Below are positions 11,871 through 24,083 of a stretch of 64,000 nt of DNA, piece by piece. The stretch's first letter is position 1. Each line of letters begins with the position of its first letter. The position numbers were made by a program, and so were the translations under genes. Origin of the DNA: Octopus bimaculoides. Taxonomy: Eukaryota. The stretch lies in assembly GCF_001194135.2 (NCBI RefSeq), contig NC_068988.1, positions 14,702,081 through 14,766,080 of the forward strand, written 5' to 3'. The notes under the pieces are model-generated. The model saw only the letters and a list, made by a program, of their open reading frames with translations, was not told the origin of the DNA and did not search any database.

Positions 11871-11907
11871 CACAAATTATAAATTCATTGTAAAAAGCAC
11901 CATTCAA

Positions 11908-12130
11908 GAGTGGTCGATGCCAGTGCCACCTGACTGGCTCCTGTACTGGTGGCACATAAAAAGCACCCACTACATTCTCGGAGTGGTTGACATTAGGAAG
12001 GGCATCCAGCTGTAGAAATCTTGCCAGATCAGATTGGAGCCTGATGCAGCCTCCCAGCTTGCCAGTCCTCAACCAGACTATCCAACCCATGCCAGCATGG
12101 AAAGCGGATGTTAAACGATGATGATGATGA
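11908..12130 (+). mobile_element. RTE-LINE 3' UTR fragment (family C)
   Basis: aaaagcacccactacattctcggagtggttgacattaggaagggcatccagctgtag...gttaaacgatgatgatgatg. Confidence 0.85.
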
Positions 12131-12998
12131 ATAATTGGGGCACATGATTTTGTGAGCAAATGCCTAAGTGACAATCTGGATAAGCTGGAGTTTTCAGAAA
12201 AGGAAATTAAAACAGCTAATTTGTACATTACAAATACAATCTGTAAGTGGAACAGTAAAAAGATGCAAGACTTTTCTCAAGTCCAAAAGATGAATTTGTT
12301 TCTGTTATGTACACATCAATGATGGAACTTTATATCTTTTTAAGAGATGAGCTCCTCCTTTGCTAGAAGATTTCATCATGATCACCATCATTGCTTTAAC
12401 ACCAACTTTTCTATGCTTGCAGGGTCGCTTTCAAATAATCGAAAATAGAAGAGAATGGACAAGCATGCACACATGCATATGTACACTCACACATATACAT
12501 ACATACAAGTGCAGAGAAAGAACAGTTGCGCTCAATCTAAATCCACTTTGCCTACCTCTGTTCTGTACACCACAGGAATCTAGAAGCATATAGAAACAGA
12601 CTGTACAATATAGACAGTACATGTCCAGACAATGATACTGTACCATAGTACCCGAACAATTCATTACTGCACGTTAGAGGACACAGTATAATCCTCAGCT
12701 ATGTTGCAACATGGCATATCTGGTACAATAGTGGGTCAATCTTAGCCATTCAGTCAATTACCTGTGTGTCATAAGTCAGTTTGACCAGAGTCTAACCTGG
12801 GGCTAACTGTAATACAATCCTCTTTCAAAAAGAGAATGGTTGCAATATTTCCTATCTCTCTCTCTCTCTCTTTATAACACTTGTAGTTTGTTTCCAATTA
12901 ATTGAATATTTCCCTTTACTTTTCATTCAACTGAGAAAATTGCACAACCCCTTTAAATCAATGCAATCTGAAATTTGTTCATAGAAAAACATACTTAC

Positions 12999-13073
12999 CC
13001 CTCTTGTATACAATTGCTAACATTTTTTGCTAGTTTGGTGAGTAATTTGCTATAATTTTCTTCTACAGAGCAG
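12999..13073 (-). CDS. FCHO2: FCHO1/2 orthologue coding exon 3 (CSVEENYSKLLTKLAKNVSNCIQEG)
   Basis: ttcttttgttattttgcag|cTGC...GAGGG|gtaagt. 75 nt, phase 2/2. Aligns with FCHO2 [25 protein letters not shown]. Confidence 0.96.
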
Positions 13074-14164
13074 CTGCAAAATAACAAAAGAAATAGTAAT
13101 CATAATCAAAGCATTAACAGAACAAATAACTGAATAAAATAATAAAGAAAAGAAAATAGAATTTTTAATTGTTTTTCCCATGTTTCCACAAAGAAGAAAG
13201 GATGTGCACTCTTGCGAGGTCAAAGAACTATTTCACATTTTCCAACCAATTAGACTATTATGAGATGCACGAGATGTATTGGAATAGCTAATATTATAAG
13301 TAGTTTTTAACTGAAGAACAAACTGCTTAGATAAAAAAATTCTATTATCTAGGTGACCTAATTTATACTTAAAATGAACTGGTGATAACACTGTGGCATA
13401 GGTTAAAAACATTTGGAGAACATTGCTTTTCTTAGTTAACAACAAAGAACTTCACTTTCTGTATACATGAGCAAATCGTTTGAGGTATAATTAGATGAGT
13501 GAATATTGTGAGTTTAATTCGATGAATGAATGAAGCTGTCAATGCACAGAATCGCAATCTTTAGAAGTCTACTTGATGTTCACCACAAGTGAATTTTATA
13601 AAATAACACCAAAAGGGGCTGAATATTTATGAGGCAGACGTTCTATGCTGATATGAATATATAAATAGGTGATAAATATAAGCTGAAAAAAAAAAGAGAG
13701 AGCTTAGTTGAGATAAATTAAAAATGTCCACAGCCCTGTGAGTGGATTTGGTAAATGGAAAACTTAAAATAAGCTTTTCATGTGTGTGTGTGTGTGTGTG
13801 TGATAGGTGTGAGTGTCACTGTAATGCAAGTGGTGTTCTTCATTCCAAATCATGTCTAGTCATGGGGAAATATCTTACTTGGAAACAGGTGAAGGTTGGT
13901 GACAGGAAAGACCTCCAGCTGTCAAAAATCTACCTCAACGAATTCCATCCAACCCATGTGAACATGGAAAAGTAGACATTAAAACAATGATGATGATGAT
14001 GGTGGTGGTGGTGGTGGTGGTGGTAACCACATATGTTTATAAACCACTCATTCCAGATTCCATGCAAGCTTGAAATATTTCAGATTATTTTAAAGTTAAT
14101 GAAAAGCTCTAGTAATACACCTAAATTTTCATTTATACCATATTCACCGATGCCAAGTTCTTAA

Positions 14165-14710
14165 GTGTGAGTGTAATAACATGTATATATGAGTGTGAGA
14201 ATGTGTATATATGAGTGTGAGAATGTGTATATGAGTGCAAGAATGTGTATATATGAGTGCGAGAACGTGTATATATGAGTGTTGGAACGTGTATATATGA
14301 GTGTGAGAACATGTATATATGAGTGTGAGAACATGCATATATGAGTGTGAGAACGTGTATATATGAGTGTGAGAACGTGTATATATGAGTGCAAGAACAT
14401 GTATATGAGTGTGAGAATGTGTATATATGAGTGTGAGAACGTGTATTTATGGGTGTGAGAACATGTATATATGAGCGTGAGAACGTGTATATATGAGCGT
14501 GAGAACGTGTATATGTGAGTGTGAGAATGTGTATATATGAGTGTGAGAACCCGTATATGAGTGTGATGAGTGAAAGAATGTGTATATGAGTATGAGAGTG
14601 TGTATAAAAGTGTGACATGAGTATATATGTTAGTTGACAACATGTGCATGTATGTTAGTGTGATATCATGTATATATGAATGAGAACATATATATATATA
14701 TGAGTGTGAG
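14165..14710. repeat. Degenerate 20-22-bp minisatellite (gtgtgagaacgtgtatatatga)n
   Basis: The unit is visible repeatedly from about 14165 to 14560 and decays to about 14710. It produces the low-complexity HSYIHVLTLIY ORFs. Confidence 0.9.
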
Positions 14711-16107
14711 CACATACGTACACAAGGGTGAGAACCAGCATTGTNNNNNNNNNNNNNNNNNNNNNNNNNNNNNNNNNNNNNNNNNNNNNNNNNNNNNNNN
14801 NNNNNNNNNNNNNNNNNNNNNNNNNNNNNNNNNNNNNNNNNNNNNNNNNNNNNNNNNNNNNNNNNNNNNNNNNNNNNNNNNNNNNNNNNNNNNNNNNNNN
14901 NNNNNNNNNNNNNNNNNNNNNNNNNNNNNNNNNNNNGTATATATATATGAGAACATATGTATGTGTGTGTGAACAAGTATGAACAAGTAAACTCACACAC
15001 ACACACACACATCAGGCCACATTATCTAACAAAGTAGAAACTACATGAACTACATAGAGTTTCTGTCATTATGTTCTGCAATTTAATGAGAGGAAAACAA
15101 GATCATGTTGCTATACGATAAGTGTCAAAAACCTTCTCATGTTCACAGCATCTTGGTCCTACCTCATCTCAACAGTTACCAGGTTCTCACTGTAACCTAC
15201 CTATAATATCTTGTTTTAGTTTCATGGTTTATAATTAGATTGCGGGATGGCTCTTTTATCAGTTCAGCTTTGTCGATAATACTAAATTAAGGACTACTAC
15301 AACAGTTACATATTGTACAGCTTTGGTGATTGATGGCGGTGGTGGTGGTGGTGGTAATGATCATGATGGGGGTAGTGATAAAGGTGATGGTCAAGGTGGT
15401 TATGATGATGATGGTGATGACCATGATCACGATAGTAGAACCAAAATCATAGTAAGAGACAACAGCATGAATAAAGAGAATACAAGTAACAAAAGCAGGA
15501 AGAGATAGTTAAAAAAAATAATAAAATTTTTTAATTAAAAAAATTATAAATTAAAAAAATTAAAATAAAATAAAAAATAATAAATTATAACAATGTATAA
15601 GTTTGGTGGCAACAGCTGTTATGATAGGGATTTGGGTGAGCATTATCACTCCTCAGATTTCCTCGCTCCCAACATAATGTTGATTATTAATTAAGAAGTG
15701 CAGGGCATGGCTGTGAGGTTAAAAAGCTGACCTTGCAACCTCGTGATTTGGGGTTCAATTTTACTGTGCAGCACTTTGCAAAAGTGTCTTCTACTACAGC
15801 CCTGGGCCAACCAATGCTTTGTGAGTGAATGTGTGGAAACTGTGAGGAAGCCCATCATATGTATATATGTGTGTGTGTGTTTGTCCCTATCACTGCTTGA
15901 CAAATGGTGTTGGTTTGTTTATGTCCCTGTAATTTAGCAGTTCAGTAAAAAAAAATAATTAAACAGGATAAGTATCAAACTTTACAAAATAAGTGCTGGA
16001 GTTGATTCGTTCGACTAAATCCTTCAAGATGAGGCACCAGCATGGCCACAATCCAATGACTAAAACAAGCAAAAGATAACTTGCAATATTTATACCAGTA
16101 ATTCAAG

Positions 16108-16592
16108 GCAACAAGCTGGCAGAATCATTACTGTGCCGGAGATAATGCTTGGCAGCAATTCTTCCATGTCTACATTCTGAGTTCAAATACTGCCAGGGGT
16201 TGACTTTGTGTTTCATCCTTTCAGGGTTGATAGAAAAAATATCAGTTGAACAGTGGGATCAATGCAATTGACTCCCCCCACCGAAATTGCAATTGACTGC
16301 AACAGACTCCCCCGACGAAATTGCAAATGACCGCAATTGACTCCTCCACCAAAATTGCAATTGACTCGCCTGCTGAAATTACAATTGACTCTTCTGCCAA
16401 AATTGCAAATGATTACAATTGACTCCATCACCAAAATTGCAATTGACTGCAACTGACACCCCCGCCGAAATTGCAATTGACTCCTCTGCCAAAATTGCAA
16501 ATGATTACAATTGACTCCGCCACCAAAATTGCAAATGACTGCAATTGACTCCTCCCTCGAAATCGCTGGCCTTGTGCCAAAATCTGAACCCA
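16108..16592 (+). mobile_element. SINE family A copy with internal tandem expansion of CAATTG-rich units (16258-16552)
   Basis: Head aaggcaacaagctggcagaatc, core ctttgtgtttcatcctttcagggttgat, then many aaattgcaattgact(c/g) units, then the tail gctggccttgtgccaaaatctgaacc. Confidence 0.8.
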
Positions 16593-17555
16593 ATATTTAT
16601 ATCAGTAGTAGTTACGAGTGGGTTAAATCATTAATATTGAAGTGAAACCTTGATGGAATAATAAGGAATTTGCCAACGAGTGTACAAGAGAGAAAGATAT
16701 TAAATAGATAGGCAGTCGAGGAAGGTGCTGCAGAGAGAGAAAGAGAGAGAGGGATGGGGGAGAAAAGAAGAGAAAATGAAAACGTGTGACTGAAGCTCAG
16801 TAACAAAATAGACATTGGAAGTGTGATAACGGAGGAAATAATTAAATACGTGGAATGATTGAAAGGCCAGGAAAAAGATCGTTAAAGATATCATTCCTCT
16901 TGATATATTGAGGCAGTCGAAGTAGCAATACTGGTTGGTTGTAAACATGATGAGTTCTGAGAAGAAGTAAAGATGAAGGATGGTTGTAAACAGAATGGAT
17001 GCTAAGAAGATTAAGTTTAATTGGTCGGGTAAGTAACTGCAGTTAGCTCTGATAAAGCAGACAGTCTTAAATAGATGTGGCAGATGATGATCTAGAGGAA
17101 GACTATAAATTCCAAGTGAATATTGGAAAAGGTGGGAAAGAATATAATCCAAAAAATGAAGAAAGTTAATGTAATTAAGATATTATATTTTGAATGAAGC
17201 CACAAAAACAGATATTTCAGACATTTAAAAGTTCTTTAAAAGGTAGACATTAATTATAAACTTATTCAAAGTTAAATGAGACACTCCTATGAAGAAGAGT
17301 TGCGATGTTCATGTACTTTTAAATATAAATTGTAGGCACAGCCTTGGCAAGTATCTATGAACTTTGCCTTGGGACTATGTGAATTCAGGATCAATCTCAT
17401 GGTATGGCGGTACAGTCTTCAACTATAACCTTTCTTTGATCAATACCCTGTGATAGAAACTTGGTAGATGTAAACTGGACAGAAACCTATCTTGTGTGTG
17501 CGTGCGTGTGTGTGTGTGTGTGTTTGTGTTTGTCACTATATACTCACACTAATGT

Positions 17556-17880
17556 GAAGACATGTGGCTTAGTGGTAAGGGTATTTGGCTCATAATTGTA
17601 AGGTCATGAGTTCAATACCTGGTGGAAGCACATTCTATCCTTGAGCAAGACACTTTATTTCACATTGCTCCATTCCACTCAACTGGCAAAAATGAGTAGT
17701 ACCTGTATTTCAAAGGGCCAGCTTTGTCACATTCTGTGTCATGCTGAATCTCCCTGAGAACTACAATAAGGGTTTCACAAGTCTGTGGAATGCTCAGCCA
17801 CTTGTACATTAACTTCACAAGCAGGCTGTACCTTTGATTAGGTCACCTGGAAAACCTCATCACCGTGACTGACAGAGAGT
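17556..17880 (+). mobile_element. SINE family D copy (older)
   Basis: tRNA-like head acatgtggcttagtggtaagggta...gagttcaatacc. Body agctttgtcacattctgtgtcatgctgaatctccctgagaactac...cagccacttgtacattaacttcacaagcaggctgt is the reverse complement of the 2857-3237 body. Confidence 0.8.
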
Positions 17881-18023
17881 CAGTTGTTACTCCCTGGTGC
17901 TATTTGGGAATTGATGACATTTATTTATGTTCTGCAGTTCAGCAATTCAAAGAGTAAAGACCAGCAGAATAAAGCATCTCAATAGAGAAACAAGGGCACC
18001 CAACCATAAAATGCTGCCCCAAG

Positions 18024-18289
18024 AAGTCAGAGCTAAACCAAGTCAGAGCTAAACCAAGTCAGAGCTAAACCAAGTCAGAGCTAAACCAAGTCAGAGCTAA
18101 ACCAAGTCAGAGCTAAACCAAGTCAGAGCTAAACCAAGTCAGAGCTAAACCAAGTCAGAGCTAAACCAAGTCAGAGCTAAACCAAGTCAGAGCTAAACCA
18201 AGTCAGAGCTAAACCAAGTCAGAGCTAAACCAAGTCAGAGCTAAACCAAGTCAGAGCTAAACCAAGTCAGAGCGAAACCAAGTCATAGC
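18024..18289. repeat. Near-perfect 16-bp minisatellite (aagtcagagctaaacc) x16 plus a partial unit
   Basis: 15 identical units, a 16th with one substitution (gcgaaacc), then aagtcatagc. No spacers. Confidence 0.97.
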
Positions 18290-18339
18290 ATGAGAGAGGT
18301 AAACGTGATGACGGTGGTGATGGTGGCTGTAATACTTTT

Positions 18340-18718
18340 ACTTGTTTCAGTCATTTAACTGCGGCCATGCAGTAGCACCACCTTTAGTCGAACTAATCAA
18401 CCCCAGGACTTATTCTTTGTAAGCCTAGTACTTATTCTATCAGTTTCTTTTGCCAAACCGCTAAGTTACAGAGACGTAAACACACCAACATTGGTTGTCA
18501 AGTGATGGGGGGGGGGGGACAAACAGAGACATACAAACATATACATATACATATACAACAGGCTTCTTTCAGTTTCTGTCTACCAAATCCACTCAAGGCT
18601 TTGGTCAGCCCAAAGCTATAGTAGAAGACACTTGCCCAAGTTGCCATGCAGTTGGATTGAACCCGGAGGCATGTGGCTGGGGAGCAAGCTTTTTACCACA
18701 TAGCCACGCCTGCACCTA
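18340..18718 (-). mobile_element. SINE family B copy
   Basis: ttttacttgtttcagtcatttaactgcggccatgc...ctttcagtttctgtctaccaaatccactc...ccacatagccacgcctgcac is the reverse complement of family B. Confidence 0.85.
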
Positions 18719-19056
18719 TGATGATGATATCAATATGTGGTTTGGAGAGACAGTAGAAAATTCTCATTTGCAATTATTTTAATCTATGAGGCCTAAATCT
18801 ATTTAGAAGGCTTCTATGGGAAATAACATACATCATTGCCAAGACGGTAACACAATTAAATCTAAAGACTTAGTCTTTGGTAAAGTGACTGCCAATAATG
18901 GGATGTGATAGGTATGACTGTGTGGTTGGGAATTTTACTCCCCAACCACATAGTCTTGGGTTCAATTCCACTGCATGACACCTTGGACAAGTATCTTCTA
19001 CTAAAGCCCAGGGTTGGCCAAAAGCTGGTGAGTCGATTTGGTAGACAGAAATTGCA

Positions 19057-19128
<72 letters not shown>

Positions 19129-20535
19129 CATTGCCTTGACATACAGTAGTTGTAAATAAGTGACATTGTCATACACACAGATTTATCCATCTCTAATATT
19201 CTGCAAAAACATGTCTGGTCATGGGAAAATATCATCTTGCTTGGAAAACAGATGAAGGTTAGTGACAGGAAGGGCATACAGAAAAGGGCATATCGAAAAA
19301 TCTGCCTCAATAAACTCCATCCAACCTATGCAAGCATAGGAAAGTGGATGTTAAAATGATGACATCAATATAACTAAGTATTTTAGTTTAATTTCTAATA
19401 AAAACATTTAACTTTGCTGCCTTCAAACCAGCCTAATTTGGCCACTCTAAAAGACAGTGCCATTTGTTCAAATTGGTCTATCCACAGACAAGATAACTCA
19501 TCAGCCTCACCAAATTACACAGGAAGTTAGAATTTTATTAGTTTTATCACCCTTTTTTTAAAATAAATACAATAACATGTCTATTACCTTTAATATAAAA
19601 ATGTTAAAAAAAACTGAAAAGAAATATAAATTTCACATTAAATCAGAGAAATTTAATTCTGACACAAACCTCAATTTTATAGGAGGAAACATGAGTTTGT
19701 ATGATATTCGTAGTTTTCTGCAAGAGTATTAGTGACATGTACGAAATGAAATGGTTTCATGGGAAGAATCAAAATTAAGCAATGGATTTGGCTTGTCCTG
19801 AATTCATATCTACTAAAGTGTCACTAGTCTCATTTAGAAAAATATAATTGAGCCAACAAGAGAGCCTCTATGACTTCACTTAACCTACTAAAAGTAGCAG
19901 CCAAAACCTCCCTGAAATCATATTCTGTCTTAAAGAAAAAGAGTGACTTGGATAATATAGTCCTATACATACATCTGAAAAGAAAATGAGATGATCATAG
20001 CTGGAATGCATTTGATCAAAGGTCAGCTTGATCAAGCTTGACCTGGGCTTAAGAATATTACAATTTTGTGCCTTGTTATATGATTGGTCTGAGTACTGAG
20101 AAAAAAAATAGATACCTTATAAATGTATGTTCTTAACACTTTATTTTTCAACATATGTATGTATGTATATGACAGGCTTCTTTCAGTTTCCATTTACCAA
20201 ATCCACTCAAAAGGCTTTGGTCAGCCCGAAGTTATGGTAGAATACACTTGCCCAATGTTACACACAGTGGGACTGAACTCATAACCATGTGGTTAGGAAA
20301 CAAGCTACTTACCACACAACCACTCCTAAACATTCTAACAACTTTGCCACCATACTACTTTCTACTATTCAGAAATATCATAGAGAGAAAGAATAGAAAA
20401 AAAAAAAAAGATGCTTTTTATGATATTTCAGTCTATAATGTTTTTACCAATATATTTAAATCTGTTAACTCATTTGATAAATTTGTCTGTTACCAACATA
20501 TATATATACATATATATATTTATAATTCTCCCCCT

Positions 20536-20592
<57 letters not shown>

Positions 20593-21188
20593 CATGTATA
20601 TGTATACATAATCTAATATATGTATAATATATGTGTGTATGTATATATATATGTATGCGTATATGAACATACATACAGTGATACATAATGGTTAATGATA
20701 TCTTACCAGTATGAAGCTAATATACATGAATGACGCTTACAAACTTAAAATCTTTCCTTTCTCTCTATGGTGCCCATATATGCACTAAAACCAATTGTGA
20801 TTTTCTATCTATTAAATGGGTAGTCTTTATTGATCTAAAACCTACAAGAAAAAAAAAGCTAACAAAATGTAAACTGTTACCATTATATCTTCATGAATAT
20901 CTTTGACAAGAACAACATTTTATGGAAAGAATTCTGTGTAGAACATAGTATTTTCTTAATGGTTTCAAATATTGGACTGTGGCTAGGCTGGGGCATAGCA
21001 TTTAAAGGTTTTAGTCAACACCCACCCCCAGGATTTAGTCCGGTACTTGTTTTATCATTTTTTTTTTTCTGTTTATCATAAATTTAACTGAATTATGTTA
21101 CAAGAAAAGTAACTTTCTTTTATGGACAAAATACAACATACTGTACACCCGTATATACAAACACACACACACATACATATATCATCAT

Positions 21189-21227
<39 letters not shown>

Positions 21228-22766
21228 ACGTCTGCCTTCCATGCTGACATGGGTTGGATGGTTTGACAGAAGCTGGCCAGACAGAAAACTGCACCGGACT
21301 TCTGTGTCTATTTTGGCACAGTTTTTACAGCTGGATGCCCTTCCTAACACCAACTACCCCGTAGAGTGGACTGAGTGCTTTTTATGTGGCACCAGCATAG
21401 GTGAGGATCATAATCATCATTTAACATCTGCCTTCCAATATATAAATATATATATATATATATACACATGCTCTCTTTTATTTTTAATAATTTAAAGTCT
21501 TTCTGTAAGGAGGGAGCTAGTTTCTAATAAAAACACAAAGCTTTGTCATTGTAATACAGAAAACAAAACCACATTCATGTACACACTGGTGGTGCCCAAG
21601 CATGGCCACAACCTTAGGGCTGAAACATATAAAAGAATAAATACGTACGTACGTATGTATGTATGTACAAGTAAACTTCTTAAACCACACAGCTAAACCC
21701 AATATTCCATAAGGAAATAATTGGTCGGCTCAACCACTAATTTTGATCAGACAACTACAGTAGTTATGAGACTGGATGGATGAAGAGGTTGACTTTAATA
21801 CTCCCACATTAAATAAATAAATATAAAAACAAATCTCTCGTCCAGGAAATGAAGTTTACAAATTTATAATCTTTATTACTATCATCAAGCACACTTTTAT
21901 GTCCAGTTTCTTCCTTACAATCATCAATAGGTAGAGAGATTCGCAATGCTGCCCTCTTAAACTCTCTGTATCTTGGAACATTTCTTCTTCAATAAAACTT
22001 AGCATCTATTGATCAAATCTACTTAACACCAAGTTTCTTTCTAGCAACCAAACAACAACACTTTTTCATCTAACTTTATCTATTCCCATCACATGTCCAT
22101 CTCATTATAACATTTCAACCAATGTCATTAAAGACAGTCAAATCTCATTACACATCAAGAGTGTTCTACATATAAAAGCTAGTTGCTGTTGTTTAACCTT
22201 GGGTCAGCCCTGGTCAAATAAGACCAATGATCAGAGATGTTCTAGCCATGACCATCATTTGATGTGCATGCTCTACACTGGCATGGGTTGGACAGTTCAA
22301 CAGTATCTGACTAGTCTGAGAACTCTGTGTATGTGAGTGTGTGTGTGTGCATGCGCTCACACACACACAAACAAACACATCAAAAGTAAATAGACCCCAC
22401 AAAATTTGAAAGATTTCAATAAACAAAATAAAGTCATCTGAAATACTTAATCTTGTGTTTGGTAGACATACCTTGCACTGTATTTAATGATTTAATTCAT
22501 TTGGGTATCATACTAATGAGCAATGTCCACACAGATAACACACTATAATGAGAGGTGTCTATTTACTGTTGAGATTGTGTATGTGTGTGTACACACACAC
22601 ACACACACACACAAGAAATAGAAATTTCTGAGTACTGTAGTCTATATTTGAAAAAGAGAATTATTTTCCACTTTAATGATCAGATACAACTTGTAAACAT
22701 CTAATCATTAAAGTGGAAAATAATTATCAGAAAAAAGTCATTTTTATTCATTTCCTTATATGTATG

Positions 22767-22812
<46 letters not shown>

Positions 22813-23680
22813 GATATTTAGAAAATAAAATAAATAGGTGCAGATATGACTGGGGTGCTTAAAAAGTTTACTTCACAACAACGAGAAGCGTGTCATATGT
22901 TTGTGCACGCGTGTATGTGTGTGTACTTATGTTTAAATCATTGAAACAAAAGAAAAGTGTTATGTCTCTTTGCATCCTGTAACCTAGCAGCTTGACAAAC
23001 AGAAATCAATAAAATTACTAGACTGAAATATATATACTAGATTCAATAATGATCACAAAACTTTCGAATGGAGTACCCCAGCATGGCCACAGTCAAATGA
23101 CAGTAAATGAGTAACAATAAATATTTTCTTATTTTTTCAGCATTTTTGAGTGAAAGCCAAACAGCCAGACATTCCATCATCAAAAGCACCTGTCAATATA
23201 TGATCCATATCATTGATTTCAAAAGGTGAGAGAAAAGAGAATGTAGCATTCATAACTTTTCAAAAGGAAATATCAGAGCAAATGAAGTAGTTACAAGGAA
23301 TCAAAGCCAGAGTTACAGACTTGGTTCACTAAGAGCAAACCAATGCCACCAAAGAACTTATGAGGCTTAATATTAATAAACAGAAGTTTTATTACCTACT
23401 AGCTTTAGCCAATTTGTAATCATATTTCTGTGGAAATACATAGTCGTTCTTTCAGTTAATTTAAAAAATAATGAAGCATTTCGTAAAATAGCATTGTCAT
23501 TATTAACCCTTTAGAATTTAATCTGGCCTTATCCAGCCCAAATGTTCTACCTGTTTTATGCTAAAACTGACCAGAGCCAAGCTACGACACCTACTCTGCA
23601 ATGTCATTCTAAAAATATACAAACACACCATTGAAATCTTGAAGCTACAAAATAATGTGTGATTAATTCAAAACAAATGC

Positions 23681-24083
23681 ATAGGAGTGGCTGTGTGGTA
23701 AATAGCTTGCTTACGAACCACATGGTTCCGGGTTCAGTCCCACTGCGTGGCACCTTAGGCAAGTGTCTTCTACTATAGCCTCGGGCCGACCAAAACCTTG
23801 TGAGTGGATTTGGTAGATGGAAACTGAAAGAAGCCCGTCGTATATATGTATATATGTATGTGTGTATATGTAGTGTATCTGTGTTTGTCCCCCCCAACAT
23901 CGCTTGACAACTGATGCTGGTGTGTTTACGTCCCCGTAACTTAGCGGTTCAGCAACAGACGCCAATAAAATAAGTACTAGGCTTACAAAGAATAAGTCCT
24001 TAGGTCGATTTGCTCAACTAAAAGTGGTGCTCCAGCATGGCCACAGTCAAATGACAGAAACAAGTAAAAGAGTAAAAGAGAGT
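23681..24083 (+). mobile_element. Near full-length SINE family B (tRNA-type head, CORE-like gcaccttaggcaagtgtcttct, internal TA/TG microsatellite, TAAAAGAG tail)
   Basis: ataggagtggctgtgtggtaaatagcttgc...ggttcagtcccactgcgtggcaccttaggcaagtg...caagtaaaagagtaaaagag. It sits inside a TTAA/CCCTT MITE spanning about 23503-24225. Partial or full copies recur throughout the window. Confidence 0.88.

Noticed and set aside
14133-14618. 161-aa His/Thr/Tyr-rich ORF
   Set aside because: It is the translation of the 22-bp minisatellite, with no splice context or domain.
16700-17152. 150-aa minus-strand ORF / possible LINE relic
   Set aside because: I could not identify RT or endonuclease motifs with confidence, so it is left unannotated.
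18024-18289. CRISPR-like regular repeat
   Set aside because: Units are directly adjacent with no spacers, the context is eukaryotic, and stop codons occur in all frames; it is a minisatellite.
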